This document shows, one piece after another, positions 29,415 through 39,824 of a stretch of 64,000 nt of DNA (within the stretch, counting starts at the first letter, position 1; the number at the start of each line of letters is the position of its first letter). Source of the stretch: Candidatus Undinarchaeota archaeon (lineage in GTDB: Archaea; SpSt-1190; JASMDC01); the NCBI GenBank assembly GCA_964519305.1, contig CAZFHY010000005.1, positions 64,001-128,000 on the forward strand, read 5' to 3'. Position numbers and translations under genes: made by a program. The notes beneath the pieces were generated by a model. It was not told the DNA's origin. It made no database searches and saw only the letters and a program-made list of their open reading frames with translations.

Positions 29415-29696
29415 ATGGTAGACGTACTAAGCAACGAGCTGATAATGTATGCCATCGGCCTGTCCAGCATCGGTGCTGGTCTGGCGATCGGCGCGGCAGC
29501 CCTTGGATCGGGTATCGGCCAGGGTATCGCCACGGCGTCCGCTGCTGGCGTCGTGGGAGAGAAGGAAGAGACAATGGGTAAGATGATCGTGTTCGCGGCT
29601 ATCCCCGAGACACAGGCTATCTACGGCCTCATCGTCGCCCTGTTCATCCTCTTCCGGGTCATCTTCCCGCTGTTGACAGCGGCAGGCGTCCAGTAG
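29415..29696 (+). CDS. atpK: A1Ao ATP synthase subunit K (c), copy 2 with a Na+-type motif
   Basis: GSGIGQG...IPETQAIYG; AGGTGA Shine-Dalgarno upstream. Confidence 0.95.
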   Translation: MVDVLSNELIMYAIGLSSIGAGLAIGAAALGSGIGQGIATASAAGVVGEKEETMGKMIVFAAIPETQAIYGLIVALFILFRVIFPLLTAAGVQ

Positions 29697-29703
29697 AACG
29701 GCC

Positions 29704-30330
29704 ATGGGAGCTAAAGAACTGCTCACATGGGTGAAGAGGACCTCCTCTGAGGAGGCTGAGACCGTCGTGACCGAGGCCGAGCGCAAGGCCATCGACATCC
29801 GCGCAGAGGGTGTAGCAGAGTGTGAAAATGTCACCCTCGTTATGCGCGGTGAGTACGAGCGTAAGTCTGGCCAGGAGCGTCTGCGCATCCTTGCTAGCCA
29901 GCGAGTGCTCGCTCGTCGAGCGGTCATGGAGCAGAAGGAGGTACTGATCGAGAAGGTCTTTGACGAGGCACAGAACGCCCTCATCGGCCTTGCCGACAGG
30001 CCCGAGTACACCGACATCCTGGTCCGCCTTGTGGTGGAAGGGGCCGCGGCCCTTGGTGGCGGTTCGCTCGTAGCCCTTGTGCGGCAGGAGGACCTCGGTA
30101 TCCTCCGGCCACGGCTTCCGAACATCCAGACGGCGGTGAGCAAGGCGACCGGACACGACACATCCATCACCGTTCAGGAGGCGGATCGCGCCATCACCGG
30201 TGGCGTCGTGGTCGCCTCGGAGGACGGTACGCGACGGGTGGACAACACCCTGCAGGCACGGATGGACGCCATGGACGAGGAGCTTCGCACGGTAGCTGCC
30301 CGCGAGCTCTTCGGTAACAGGGAGGGCTAA
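29704..30330 (+). CDS. atpE: A1Ao ATP synthase subunit E
   Basis: Coiled-coil N-terminus; GGVVV.S.DG...VDNTL.AR...LF C-terminus. Confidence 0.92.
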   Translation: MGAKELLTWVKRTSSEEAETVVTEAERKAIDIRAEGVAECENVTLVMRGEYERKSGQERLRILASQRVLARRAVMEQKEVLIEKVFDEAQNALIGLADRPEYTDILVRLVVEGAAALGGGSLVALVRQEDLGILRPRLPNIQTAVSKATGHDTSITVQEADRAITGGVVVASEDGTRRVDNTLQARMDAMDEELRTVAARELFGNREG

Positions 30331-31448
30331 TGGAACCATCCTCCGTCGTCCTCTTCAGCCTGGCCCTAGGCTTCCTGGGAGGGTTCGCGATAGCGCTAGT
30401 AGCAGCTCTCGGGAACGTCCGGGTCGTCCGGGCCGCGGCCTACGCCTATACCACGGCCCGGCTGCGGGTAATCAGGGGCATCGCCCTCTCCCCCCGTCGA
30501 TGGGAGGAGCTGTTAAGGGCGGGCTCGCTCCAGGACATGGCGCCCGCTCTGGACGGTACAATCTACGGTCCAGCCCTCATGCCCGTGCTTGCGCGCGGAG
30601 ATGTCGACGGAGCGGACCATACCCTGGACCGGGAACTGGCACGCCTTGAAGTGCGTGCTCTGGACCTAGTGCCGGTGAAGGACCGTCAGTTCGGACGGCT
30701 GCTCGGGCTGCGTCTGGATATCGCCAGCATCCGCCGTGTCATACGCGGCATCCATGCCGGACGTACTGCGGACGAACTCGAAAACATCCATCCTGCCCCC
30801 ACATGGGGCCGGCGGGACGCCCATTACTATGAGTTGATGGCGCGGGCATCCACAGTGGAGGAGGCTGTGATCAGGCTCAGTCACGAGCTCGACATCTCCC
30901 TTGATGCGGCACTGGACTCCTACAAAGAGAACGGCAATCTCCATGCGCTCGAACTGGCGCTCGACGCAGTATGGTTCGATGCCATGGACCACGCGATACT
31001 ACCTGGCGCGGACATGGCCCTCGTGACCATCGTGGAAGAGATGGCGGACGTAGAGAACCTCAAGATGGCCCTGCGCGCGGCTAACCGTGGTGCTGAACCC
31101 CCCGCGTCCTTGCCAGGGGGCGGGCTCTCGGCCGATGTGCTGGAGAAGGCCGCCCGGGCCGATTCGCTTGATGTGTTCGCCGCAGCGCTCGAGGGATCCA
31201 TCTACGGGCCCATGCTCGTGGAGGCGTTGTCCAGCGGGACCGGCGCACCTGGGATGGAGGCTGCACTGGACCGACACATCCTCGCACTTGCTCGGACCAC
31301 GTTCCAAGGCTCACCCTTCGGCCTAGAGGCGATACTTGCCTTCATGCTGGAGCGGGAGTACGAGGCACGGAACCTCCGCGCCGTGATCAGGGGCAAGGCC
31401 GCCAATATGGATCAGAGCACCATAAAAGAGCTCATGGTGGTGGTATGA
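30330..31448 (+). CDS. atpC: A1Ao ATP synthase subunit C
   Basis: YAY..AR, T.Y, D..N, PFG......F....E.E..NLR....GK motifs; operon position. Confidence 0.92.
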   Translation: MEPSSVVLFSLALGFLGGFAIALVAALGNVRVVRAAAYAYTTARLRVIRGIALSPRRWEELLRAGSLQDMAPALDGTIYGPALMPVLARGDVDGADHTLDRELARLEVRALDLVPVKDRQFGRLLGLRLDIASIRRVIRGIHAGRTADELENIHPAPTWGRRDAHYYELMARASTVEEAVIRLSHELDISLDAALDSYKENGNLHALELALDAVWFDAMDHAILPGADMALVTIVEEMADVENLKMALRAANRGAEPPASLPGGGLSADVLEKAARADSLDVFAAALEGSIYGPMLVEALSSGTGAPGMEAALDRHILALARTTFQGSPFGLEAILAFMLEREYEARNLRAVIRGKAANMDQSTIKELMVVV

Positions 31449-31449
31449 G

Positions 31450-31755
31450 ATGCGAATAGGAGTAGTCGGCGACCTGCAGACGGTTACGGGCTTCCGCCTG
31501 GCCGGTGTGAGGGTCGCACAGGAGATCGTCGCAGAGGACGACACTGACTGGGGGTCCGTGGCAGAGGCCCTCAAAAAGGCCGAGGTAGCTCTTGTCATCG
31601 CTACGGAGGCATCGGCGGAGCACCTCGTGCCCCGCCTATCAAAGGAGATCATGCTCATCGAGGTACCCGACGCCTCAGGGCCACGACCGCGTGAGGAGAG
31701 CATCGCTCAGGAGCTCGCGCGCAGGGCCACCGGAGTCGGGATAAAGGAGGAATAA
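31450..31755 (+). CDS. atpF: A1Ao ATP synthase subunit F
   Basis: [16 protein letters not shown]...RRATGV. Confidence 0.95.
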   Translation: MRIGVVGDLQTVTGFRLAGVRVAQEIVAEDDTDWGSVAEALKKAEVALVIATEASAEHLVPRLSKEIMLIEVPDASGPRPREESIAQELARRATGVGIKEE

Positions 31756-31757
31756 TC

Positions 31758-33518
31758 GTGATATCAGGAAAGATCATTAAAATCGCCGGACCCGTTGTCG
31801 TCGCTGACGGGCTCAAGGGTGTGAGGATGTACGAGGTCGTCCACGTTGGTGCAGAGCACCTGGTGGGCGAGGTCATCCAGATCATCGGTGAATCGGCCGT
31901 CATCCAGGTGTACGAAGAGACAGCGGGTATCGCACCCGGTGACGAGGTCGTGGCCACGGGCGCTCCACTCTCGGTGGATCTGGGTCCGGGGCTGTTGAGT
32001 ACCATCTACGACGGTGTCCAACGACCTCTGCGGGTCATCCAGAAAGATACGGGGACCCCGTTCCTTCACCGCGGTGTCACCGCCTCGGCTCTCGACCGGG
32101 AACGTAAATGGAAGTTCACGCCCGAACTGAAGAAAGGGGACGCGGTCAGCGGTGGCGAGGTCGTGGGCACCATCCCCGAGACCGCCGTGGTCACACACCG
32201 GGTGCTCGTACCTCCCGGGCTGAGCGGTAAGGTCGCAAAGGTGTCTCCCGTCGGAGAGTACAACGTGGACGAAGTCCTCGCTGTTGTTGAGACAAAGGAC
32301 GGCAAAGTGGAGGTCACCGCTGCACAGAAGTGGCCGGTGCGCACCCCACGTCCCAACTCGAAGAAGCTCGATCCATCCATCCCCCTACTCACAGGCCAGC
32401 GAATCCTCGACACGTTCTTCCCTATGGCCAAGGGCGGTACAGGTGCTATCCCGGGCGGCTTCGGAACGGGAAAGACCGTCACCCAACAGCAGCTGGCCAA
32501 GTGGGCCGACGCCGACATCGTCATCTACATCGGTTGTGGCGAGCGCGGGAACGAGATGACGGAAGTGCTCGACACATTCCCTGAGCTCGAGGACCCCAAG
32601 TCGGGAAAGCCCCTCATGGAGCGGACAATCATCATCGCTAACACCTCCAACATGCCCGTAGCGGCCCGCGAGGCATCGGTGTATACCGGTATGACCCTCG
32701 CCGAGTACTATCGCGACATGGGCTACTCGGTCGCTATCATGGCCGACTCCACCTCCCGGTGGGCAGAGGCCATGCGCGAGATCTCGGGACGTCTGGAGGA
32801 GATGCCTGGCGAGGAGGGCTACCCCGCCTACCTCCCCACACGTCTTGCTCAGTTCTACGAGCGGGCCGGCCGGGTCACGACCCTCGGTGGTTCTGAGGGA
32901 TCGGTGTCGGTCGTCGGTGCGGTCTCGCCGCCCGGTGGCGACTTCTCCGAGCCTGTGACCCAAGGGACCCTGCGAGTGGTCAAGGTGTTCTGGGCACTGG
33001 ACAAGTCCCTGGCCTCCCGCCGCCACTTCCCTGCCATAGGATGGCTCGACTCCTATTCGCTCTACCTTGACTCGGTCACCGATTGGTACGTCTCCAACGC
33101 CGGCGAGGGCTGGCGCGCGGCCCGCGACCGGTCCATGGCGCTCCTGCAGAAGGAGCAGTCGCTCCAGGAGATCGTCCAGCTCGTGGGACCCGATGCATTA
33201 CCAGAGAGCGAGCGTCTGGTTCTTGAGGTCACCCGGATCATCCGGGAGGACTTCCTGCAGCAGAACGCCTACCATCCTGAGGACTCGTTCTGCCCTATCG
33301 CCAAGCAGGTCGCCATGCTCCAGATCGCTCTGGCGTTCTACGATATGGCCATAAAAGCGCTAGAGACCGGCGTGTCGGTGGAACGGATCGCGACTATGAA
33401 GATCAAGGACCGCATCGCTCGGCTCAAGGAGGCGAAGAACACGACCTTCGAGGACACTGAGAACAAGGTGATGAAGGATATGCGCGAGGAGTTCGCGACC
33501 CTTGGAGGTGATGAATGA
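31758..33518 (+). CDS. atpA: A1Ao ATP synthase subunit A (no intein)
   Basis: PGGFGTGKT Walker [35 protein letters not shown] motifs. Confidence 0.98.
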   Translation: MISGKIIKIAGPVVVADGLKGVRMYEVVHVGAEHLVGEVIQIIGESAVIQVYEETAGIAPGDEVVATGAPLSVDLGPGLLSTIYDGVQRPLRVIQKDTGTPFLHRGVTASALDRERKWKFTPELKKGDAVSGGEVVGTIPETAVVTHRVLVPPGLSGKVAKVSPVGEYNVDEVLAVVETKDGKVEVTAAQKWPVRTPRPNSKKLDPSIPLLTGQRILDTFFPMAKGGTGAIPGGFGTGKTVTQQQLAKWADADIVIYIGCGERGNEMTEVLDTFPELEDPKSGKPLMERTIIIANTSNMPVAAREASVYTGMTLAEYYRDMGYSVAIMADSTSRWAEAMREISGRLEEMPGEEGYPAYLPTRLAQFYERAGRVTTLGGSEGSVSVVGAVSPPGGDFSEPVTQGTLRVVKVFWALDKSLASRRHFPAIGWLDSYSLYLDSVTDWYVSNAGEGWRAARDRSMALLQKEQSLQEIVQLVGPDALPESERLVLEVTRIIREDFLQQNAYHPEDSFCPIAKQVAMLQIALAFYDMAIKALETGVSVERIATMKIKDRIARLKEAKNTTFEDTENKVMKDMREEFATLGGDE

Positions 33519-34924
33519 TGTCGAAGGCGAGCAAACAAGTGGAATACTCCACCATTGGAGAGATCACGGGGCCCCTCCTCATCGTCAACGGTGTGCGGGG
33601 CGTGGCCTACGGTGAACTGGTGGAGATCGATACGCCCACTGGTGAGCGGCGCAAGGGCCAGGTACTGGAAGCGCGCTCGGACGCTGCTGTAGTGCAGGTG
33701 TTCGAGGGAACACGCGACCTGGATGCAAAGGCCACACGAGTGCGGTTCATCGGCGAGACCATGAAGGTGGGCCTGTCACCCGACATAGTCGGCCGTGTGT
33801 TCGACGGGACTGGAAGACCCATCGACGGGGGTCCCCCCATCATCCCTGAGACCAAGGAGGACATAAACGGTGCCCCGATCAATCCGACGGCCCGGGAGTT
33901 CCCTCAGGAGTTCATCCAGACAGGGATCTCGGCCATCGACTGCATGAACACACTGGTCCGCGGTCAGAAGCTCCCACTATTCTCCGAGGCAGGACTGCCT
34001 CATAACGAACTGGCCGCTCAGATCGCACGCCAGGCACGAGTGCCCGGTGAGGAAGAGGCATTCGCCGTGGTCTTCTGCGCTATGGGGATCACCAATGAGG
34101 AGGCCCAGTTCTTCATGAAGGACTTCGAACGGACCGGTGCCATCGAGCGGATCGTGGCCTTCATGAACCTCGCAGATGATCCTGCCATCGAGCGCATCAT
34201 CACACCCCGCATCGCGCTGACCGCAGCAGAGTACCTTGCCTACGAGCAGGATATGCACGTACTGGTCATCCGTACGGACATGACAAATTATTGTGAGGCG
34301 CTGCGTGAGATAGCTGCTGCCCGTAACGAGATCCCGGGTCGGCGCGGCTATCCCGGTTACATGTACACGGACCTGGCCATGACCTATGAACGGGCCGGGC
34401 GCATCCGGGGCCGGAAAGGCTCTGTAACCCAGATCCCGATCCTCACCATGCCTCAGGGGGACATCTCCCACCCTATCCCAGATCTTACGGGATACATCAC
34501 CGAAGGTCAGATCGTGCTCTCCAAGGAACTGCACCGCAAGGGCATCTATCCGCCCATCGACGTGCTCCCCTCCCTCTCGCGTCTCATGGACGAGGGTATC
34601 GGTAAGGACCGGACCCGCGAGGACCATAAAGGAGTGTCGGACCAGTCGTATGCGGCTTATGCCGAAGGTCGCGACCTTCGCGACCTTGTGGCGGTCGTTG
34701 GCGAGGAGGCCCTCACCTCTCGTGACAAGAGCTTCCTGCGCTTCGCGGACGGATTCGAGGGCAAGTTCGTCACCCAGCGGCGGGATGAGAACCGCACGAT
34801 CGAGCGGACGCTCACCATCGGCTGGGACCTTCTTGCGGGATTGCCCGAGAACGAGCTGAAGAAGATACCACTGGACCAGATCGCCAAGTTCCGGCCCAAG
34901 GGAGCGGAGGACGAGCAGGAGTAG
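33515..34924 (+). CDS. atpB: A1Ao ATP synthase subunit B
   Basis: [46 protein letters not shown] motifs. Confidence 0.98.
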   Translation: MMSKASKQVEYSTIGEITGPLLIVNGVRGVAYGELVEIDTPTGERRKGQVLEARSDAAVVQVFEGTRDLDAKATRVRFIGETMKVGLSPDIVGRVFDGTGRPIDGGPPIIPETKEDINGAPINPTAREFPQEFIQTGISAIDCMNTLVRGQKLPLFSEAGLPHNELAAQIARQARVPGEEEAFAVVFCAMGITNEEAQFFMKDFERTGAIERIVAFMNLADDPAIERIITPRIALTAAEYLAYEQDMHVLVIRTDMTNYCEALREIAAARNEIPGRRGYPGYMYTDLAMTYERAGRIRGRKGSVTQIPILTMPQGDISHPIPDLTGYITEGQIVLSKELHRKGIYPPIDVLPSLSRLMDEGIGKDRTREDHKGVSDQSYAAYAEGRDLRDLVAVVGEEALTSRDKSFLRFADGFEGKFVTQRRDENRTIERTLTIGWDLLAGLPENELKKIPLDQIAKFRPKGAEDEQE

Positions 34925-34930
34925 TACGAT

Positions 34931-35575
34931 ATGGCGCGGCCCCTGAAAGCGACCCGGATGGAGCTACTGGCAGTCCGCAAGCGCATCACTCTGGCGCGGA
35001 AGGGGCACAAGCTCCTGAAAGAGAAGCGGGATGCTCTGATCGGGGAGTTCTTCAGTATCATCAAAGAACTCACAGCGCTCCGGGAACGGGTGGAGTCGGT
35101 CCTTGCCGATGCCCACCTGCAGCTCGGCGGTGCCATGGCCATCCATGGGCGGGAGTCCGTCGGTTCGGCAGCGCTCGCGGTATCCCGGGAGCTAGAGCTT
35201 AGAGCGGGATGGCGTCACATCATGGGCGTGCGGGTCCCCATCCTTGAGATCCTGGGGGGTACTCGGAAGACGGCCGAGGAGCGCGGGTATGGCTACATCG
35301 GTACATCTGCCCGGCTGGACACCGCCGTGGAGCGCTTCGAGGAGGCGCTGGGACTTGTCGTGGAGCTCGCCGAGGTGGAGCTCGGTGCTCGCGCGCTGGC
35401 CGAGGAGATCAACCGTACCAAGCGCAAGGTCAACGCCCTGGAGCGGGTGCTCATACCACGGATCGAGGGCGAGGCACGCCGCATCGAGATGTCCCTGGAG
35501 GAGATGGAGCGCGAGAACTTCGCTAGGCTCAAGACCATAAAACGGCGCATGGAACAGGCCGAGGCCGAAGCGTAG
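34931..35575 (+). CDS. atpD: A1Ao ATP synthase subunit D
   Basis: TRMELL, GHKLLK.KRDAL, TKRKVNALE...IP, ERENF.RLK motifs. Confidence 0.96.
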   Translation: MARPLKATRMELLAVRKRITLARKGHKLLKEKRDALIGEFFSIIKELTALRERVESVLADAHLQLGGAMAIHGRESVGSAALAVSRELELRAGWRHIMGVRVPILEILGGTRKTAEERGYGYIGTSARLDTAVERFEEALGLVVELAEVELGARALAEEINRTKRKVNALERVLIPRIEGEARRIEMSLEEMERENFARLKTIKRRMEQAEAEA

Positions 35576-35703
35576 GTCACATATCGACTTCCCGGGATAT
35601 ACTCTGTCCGATACTTCTGCGATCATCGTGGGCGGACCGGCACTCGAGGGTCAACCTTTTATTGTTGATAATGGGATAGCGGTCAAACGGTTCGGTTGAT
35701 ACT

Positions 35704-36705
35704 ATGGCTGATAATGTTGGAGTCGCTGTCGTTGGCGTCGGTTTCGTTGGGGGACAGGCACACGTCCCCGCTTTCAAGAAGATCGAGGGCTCGAACCTCG
35801 TGGCCATTTGCGATATCGCAGAGGACCGGGTGAAGCCCCTCGCAAAGAAGTACGATGTACCGTACTACCTTGACTATGACAAGCTCCTGGAGGACGACAA
35901 GGTCGAGGCCGTGATGCTTTCGCTCCCGACCCCCCTACATTACGACATGACCATGAAGGCCATCAAGAAGGGGAAGCACGTCCTCTGTGAGATGCCGATC
36001 GCCGCGACCATCGAGCAGACGAAGGAGCTAGGTAAGGCCGCGGAAGAGGCGGGGGTCGTCCTGATGCCCAACCTCAACTTCCGGTTCGCACCCATCTACG
36101 CGAAAATCAAGGAGATGATCAAGGCCGGAAAGATTGGAAAGCCCATCGCCTTCCACTTCCGTGAGTTCATCCCAGCACCGGCATTGGCGGAGCAGTGGCC
36201 CCCCAGTTCCTGGGCCTGGAATCTTGAAAAGAGCGGGGGATATCCCGACTTCACCTTATCGGTCTGGTCTCTCGATATGTTCCGATGGTTGTTCGACAGC
36301 GAGATCGAGAGCGTTGAATGGATGCCCAGCTACCCTAAACTCGAGGTGGCAGGAGGAATCACCGGCTACAACACAATGGGCGTCATCAGGCTCTCCAACG
36401 GGATCGTGGGCAACCTGCACTACGGTGCCACCACAAACACCGCGGCCGCCGTCAGTCGGTTCGAGGTGTACGGGGACAACACTAACGTGGTCCACGCCAT
36501 CGATACCAATAAGGTCATCCTCTACGGATCCGAACCGGAGCGACAGGAATGGGACCTTGCGGTACGGGGTACGAGGGTGTGGGGGCATCGGCAGACGGAC
36601 GCACACTTCATCCAGTCCATCCTCAAAGGTAAGGTGCCCGATATCACTCTCGAGGACGCTATCAAGGTGCAGGAAATCGCGGGCAAGATCGTGGATACGT
36701 CATAG
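35704..36705 (+). CDS. Gfo/Idh/MocA family oxidoreductase
   Basis: VGVGFVG...H, PT.LH, GKHVLCEMP, NFRF.P motifs. Confidence 0.9.
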   Translation: MADNVGVAVVGVGFVGGQAHVPAFKKIEGSNLVAICDIAEDRVKPLAKKYDVPYYLDYDKLLEDDKVEAVMLSLPTPLHYDMTMKAIKKGKHVLCEMPIAATIEQTKELGKAAEEAGVVLMPNLNFRFAPIYAKIKEMIKAGKIGKPIAFHFREFIPAPALAEQWPPSSWAWNLEKSGGYPDFTLSVWSLDMFRWLFDSEIESVEWMPSYPKLEVAGGITGYNTMGVIRLSNGIVGNLHYGATTNTAAAVSRFEVYGDNTNVVHAIDTNKVILYGSEPERQEWDLAVRGTRVWGHRQTDAHFIQSILKGKVPDITLEDAIKVQEIAGKIVDTS

Positions 36706-36851
36706 ACGTCACCAGGCGTGCGTGGCCGGTCCAGATAATAATTGGTAGTCTGCGTCCGGACTTAGTGTTTCAACTATAGGTGGGTTCCTGAGGGCCATAT
36801 ACGGACTAGGATCTCGAAGCATCAGGGCCATGAATATAACAATCGTAAAGC

Positions 36852-36900
36852 CATAACACTGTTATGATAAACATGTGCGCCGCAGCCTAGATATATTAAC
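36852..36900 (+). promoter_or_regulatory. Candidate operator palindrome plus TATA box of the cdh/fwd cluster
   Basis: Perfect inverted repeat CATAACA-C-TGTTATG (36852-36866) followed by ATATATTAA (36891-36899). Confidence 0.5.
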
Positions 36901-36966
36901 ATTTGCCCCTTTCCCAAACGTATACGGGAGAGATTTTTCCCGGCAACGGACGGGGGTGCACTCGGA

Positions 36967-39270
36967 ATGAGCGAGAAAGAAGAAGAAACCAAGACAGAAC
37001 TCCCTGACATGGGTCTCGGCAACATCCAGATCAATATCGGCGATCTCATCGAGGATTGGGAGGAGGAGGAAGGGCCGACGCCGTTCCCCAGCCTCGAATC
37101 CCTTCGCGAATGGGACCTCAAGTTATTGAAGAGGTACAAGCCGTTCTATATGCCTGCGTGCGATATGTGCTGCCTATGCACCATGGGGAAGTGCGACCTC
37201 CATGGGAAGAAAGGTGCGTGCGGCATCAAGGCCGACGCCCAGCAGGGGCGTATCGTCCTCATCGCCTGTTGCATCGGTACTGCAGCCCATCTGGCCCACG
37301 GCCGTCATCTTCTCAACGTGCTCCTCGAGCGGAAGGGGGCGAACACTAAGATCGACATGGGTGGACAGATCGCTATAGAAGCTCCCCTGACCAGGCTAAT
37401 CACCGGGATCAAGCCACAAAGGCTCGGGGATTTCAGGAAGGTGCTCGATTACTGTGAGGAACAGGTCCTCCACGCACTTTCCGCCACCCACACGGGGCAG
37501 GAAGGTGACGCCCTCGACTTCAACTCCAAAGCGTTCCATGTCAGCATGATCGATAATCTGGCCAAGGAAGTGGCCGACATCATCCAGATCATCGGGTTCG
37601 ACATGCCTAAGGGTGATTCCGAGGCACCTTTGGTGGACATCGGCATGGGCTCGCTCGATCCAAAGAAGCCGGTAATCCTCCTCATAGGCCACAACCTCGT
37701 GTCCGGGACCGATATATCCGACTACCTGGACAAGAACAACCTCTACGACAGCGTAGAGCTCGCGGGCATATGCTGCACCTCCCACGACGTCACACGACAC
37801 GACCACCGTGCAAAGGTCATCGGCCCCCTCTCCATGCAGCTGCGGTTCCTCAAGATGGGCGTCGCTGATGTCATCGTCATTGATGAGCAGTGCGTCCGCA
37901 CAGATGTCCTGGAGCATGCCAAGGAGACCGACACACCCTTGCTCGCAACATCCAACAAGGCCTGCTCGGGCCTCCCGGACCTTTCCAAGGAGGAGCCGGC
38001 GGTCATCATCGACAAGCTCAAGAGCGGTGAGCTCCCGGGCGCGTTCATCCCCGACTTCGCCAAGGTGGGCGAGGTGGCCGTGGAGCTGGCCCGGTACAAG
38101 TACGAACAGAGGAAGGACAAGAAGAACCGGTACCTCAAGTTCGATGTGAAGACCCTCGCTAGCAACTGCACGCAATGTCAGTTGTGTCAGCGTAACTGTC
38201 ACTTCAACAAGGATGTTCCCGCGGCCATGAAGAAGGCCGCCGAGGGGGACCTTACTGAACTCGCCAGGTTCTTTGACGAGTGTACAGGCTGCGGTAAGTG
38301 CGAGAGCGCGTGCAGCAAGGGTCTGCCCATCACCGAGATGGTGCTGGCCGCCGCTAAGGACAAGGTCGCGAACCAGCGGTCGAAGATGCGTATCGGGAGC
38401 GGACCCGTGCAAGACGTGCAGATCCGGACCGTGGGCCAGCCCATCGTGTTCGGGGAGATCCCAGGCATCATAGCGCTGGTGGGATGCCCCAACCACGAGG
38501 GCGGTAGCGCTAACGTCACGATCGCCGAGGAGTTCCTCAAGCGCAACTACATCGTGGTCGTATCCGGCTGCGCCGCTATGGATATCGCCCTCTACTCTGA
38601 CCTGTACGAGCAGTACCCGGGCGTCTTCGACAAGGGCGGCCTGGTCAACGTGGGCTCGTGTGTGGCGAACGCGCACATCCTCGGTGCTGCCGCGAAGGTG
38701 GCCGCCATCTTCGCCCACAGGAAGCTCAGGGCGAACTATGAGGAGATCGCCGATTACATCCTCAACCGTCTGGGGGCCGTGGGCATAGCCTGGGGTGCAT
38801 ACAGCCAGAAGGCAGCATCCATCGCTACGGGTGTGAACCGGATGGGCATCCCCGTGATCGTCGGGCCCCAGGGCAACATCTACCGACGCCTGATGCTCGG
38901 GGACACTGAGGATCCCGAGCGGTGGACGGTCTACAATGCTCGTGACGGCGAGGAGGTCCAGATCGATCCGTGCCCGGAGCATCTCCTGTACGTTGCTGAG
39001 ACCGTGGAGGAGACCATCGTGATGGCGTGCAAGCTCTGTATCCGGCCGAACGACACCGCCAAGGGTCGCCAGATCAAGCTCTCGCACTACATCGACCTTT
39101 CACAGAAGTACCTTGACCGGTTCCCGGACGACATCGACAAGTTCGTCCGCACCGAGCAGGACATCCCGCTCACCTACCGTGAACAGATGCTCAAGACGCT
39201 GAAGAAGAAAGGGTGGACGCGGAAGAAGACGGTCGATCCGACACTGCTGAAAAGGCTGGTGAGGGGGTGA
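36967..39270 (+). CDS. cdhA: CO dehydrogenase/acetyl-CoA synthase alpha subunit
   Basis: CDMCCLCTMGKC, GHN, GICCT, DEQC, GC, SGC and GSCV.N C-cluster ligands; two extra CxxCxxCxxxC motifs. Confidence 0.98.
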   Translation: MSEKEEETKTELPDMGLGNIQINIGDLIEDWEEEEGPTPFPSLESLREWDLKLLKRYKPFYMPACDMCCLCTMGKCDLHGKKGACGIKADAQQGRIVLIACCIGTAAHLAHGRHLLNVLLERKGANTKIDMGGQIAIEAPLTRLITGIKPQRLGDFRKVLDYCEEQVLHALSATHTGQEGDALDFNSKAFHVSMIDNLAKEVADIIQIIGFDMPKGDSEAPLVDIGMGSLDPKKPVILLIGHNLVSGTDISDYLDKNNLYDSVELAGICCTSHDVTRHDHRAKVIGPLSMQLRFLKMGVADVIVIDEQCVRTDVLEHAKETDTPLLATSNKACSGLPDLSKEEPAVIIDKLKSGELPGAFIPDFAKVGEVAVELARYKYEQRKDKKNRYLKFDVKTLASNCTQCQLCQRNCHFNKDVPAAMKKAAEGDLTELARFFDECTGCGKCESACSKGLPITEMVLAAAKDKVANQRSKMRIGSGPVQDVQIRTVGQPIVFGEIPGIIALVGCPNHEGGSANVTIAEEFLKRNYIVVVSGCAAMDIALYSDLYEQYPGVFDKGGLVNVGSCVANAHILGAAAKVAAIFAHRKLRANYEEIADYILNRLGAVGIAWGAYSQKAASIATGVNRMGIPVIVGPQGNIYRRLMLGDTEDPERWTVYNARDGEEVQIDPCPEHLLYVAETVEETIVMACKLCIRPNDTAKGRQIKLSHYIDLSQKYLDRFPDDIDKFVRTEQDIPLTYREQMLKTLKKKGWTRKKTVDPTLLKRLVRG

Positions 39271-39821
39271 TGGCCGTGGACAAGAAGACACAGGTCAAGG
39301 ACCCGTCATCTAAAACCTACAAACCGATCACGCGTGTCGTACAATCGGTGGAGGCCTGGAACCTCGGGAACGTCCCGGGGTCGAAACGGGCACGCCCGCT
39401 GAACGAGAAGATGGCGGGCGCGCTACTGAACAAGAAGGTCGTCATGCTCATCGGTGCACACACTGATGAAGAGCTTGCGAAAAAGCTCGTCAAGACAGCG
39501 GCGAAGCGCAAGAACGTGAAGCTGATTGGTGTGGGGAGCGGCTACAAGATCCTAAAGGGCCTTTCCAAGAAGGAGCCCGAGTACGAGGCGAACCTCTACG
39601 CATACCTTGCGCGTCTCAAGGACGATGATGATGTCCAAGTGGTGTTCATCATCGGGTTCCCGTACTACATGACATCAGCGGCATATAGTCACCTTAAGCA
39701 CTTCTCGAAGAAAATTTCGGTCAACCTCTCGCGGTTCGGCCAACCAAACGCTACCTATTCACTCGCTAACATGAGCGAAAAGAGCTGGAGAAAAATGATA
39801 GACACGATCTTGGAGGGATGA
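39270..39821 (+). CDS. cdhB: CO dehydrogenase/acetyl-CoA synthase epsilon subunit
   Basis: NVPG.K.A, G..YY.....S.LKHF, QPNA.YS..N motifs; lies between cdhA and cdhC. Confidence 0.9.
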   Translation: MAVDKKTQVKDPSSKTYKPITRVVQSVEAWNLGNVPGSKRARPLNEKMAGALLNKKVVMLIGAHTDEELAKKLVKTAAKRKNVKLIGVGSGYKILKGLSKKEPEYEANLYAYLARLKDDDDVQVVFIIGFPYYMTSAAYSHLKHFSKKISVNLSRFGQPNATYSLANMSEKSWRKMIDTILEG

Positions 39822-39824
39822 TGA

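Noticed and set aside
29355-29445. Box C-like ATGATGA between the two c-subunit genes
   Set aside because: The nearest CTGA is about 80 nt away inside the coding sequence, with no clear D'/C' boxes; not supportable as a C/D sRNA.
31758-33518. Intein in ATP synthase subunit A
   Set aside because: Normal length (586 aa) and continuous sequence through GKT-VTQ.
37396-39087. 563-aa antisense ORF inside cdhA (similarly 56593-57903, 39759-40655 and many shorter ones)
   Set aside because: Shadow frames caused by strong GC3 codon bias on the sense strand; no recognisable motifs.
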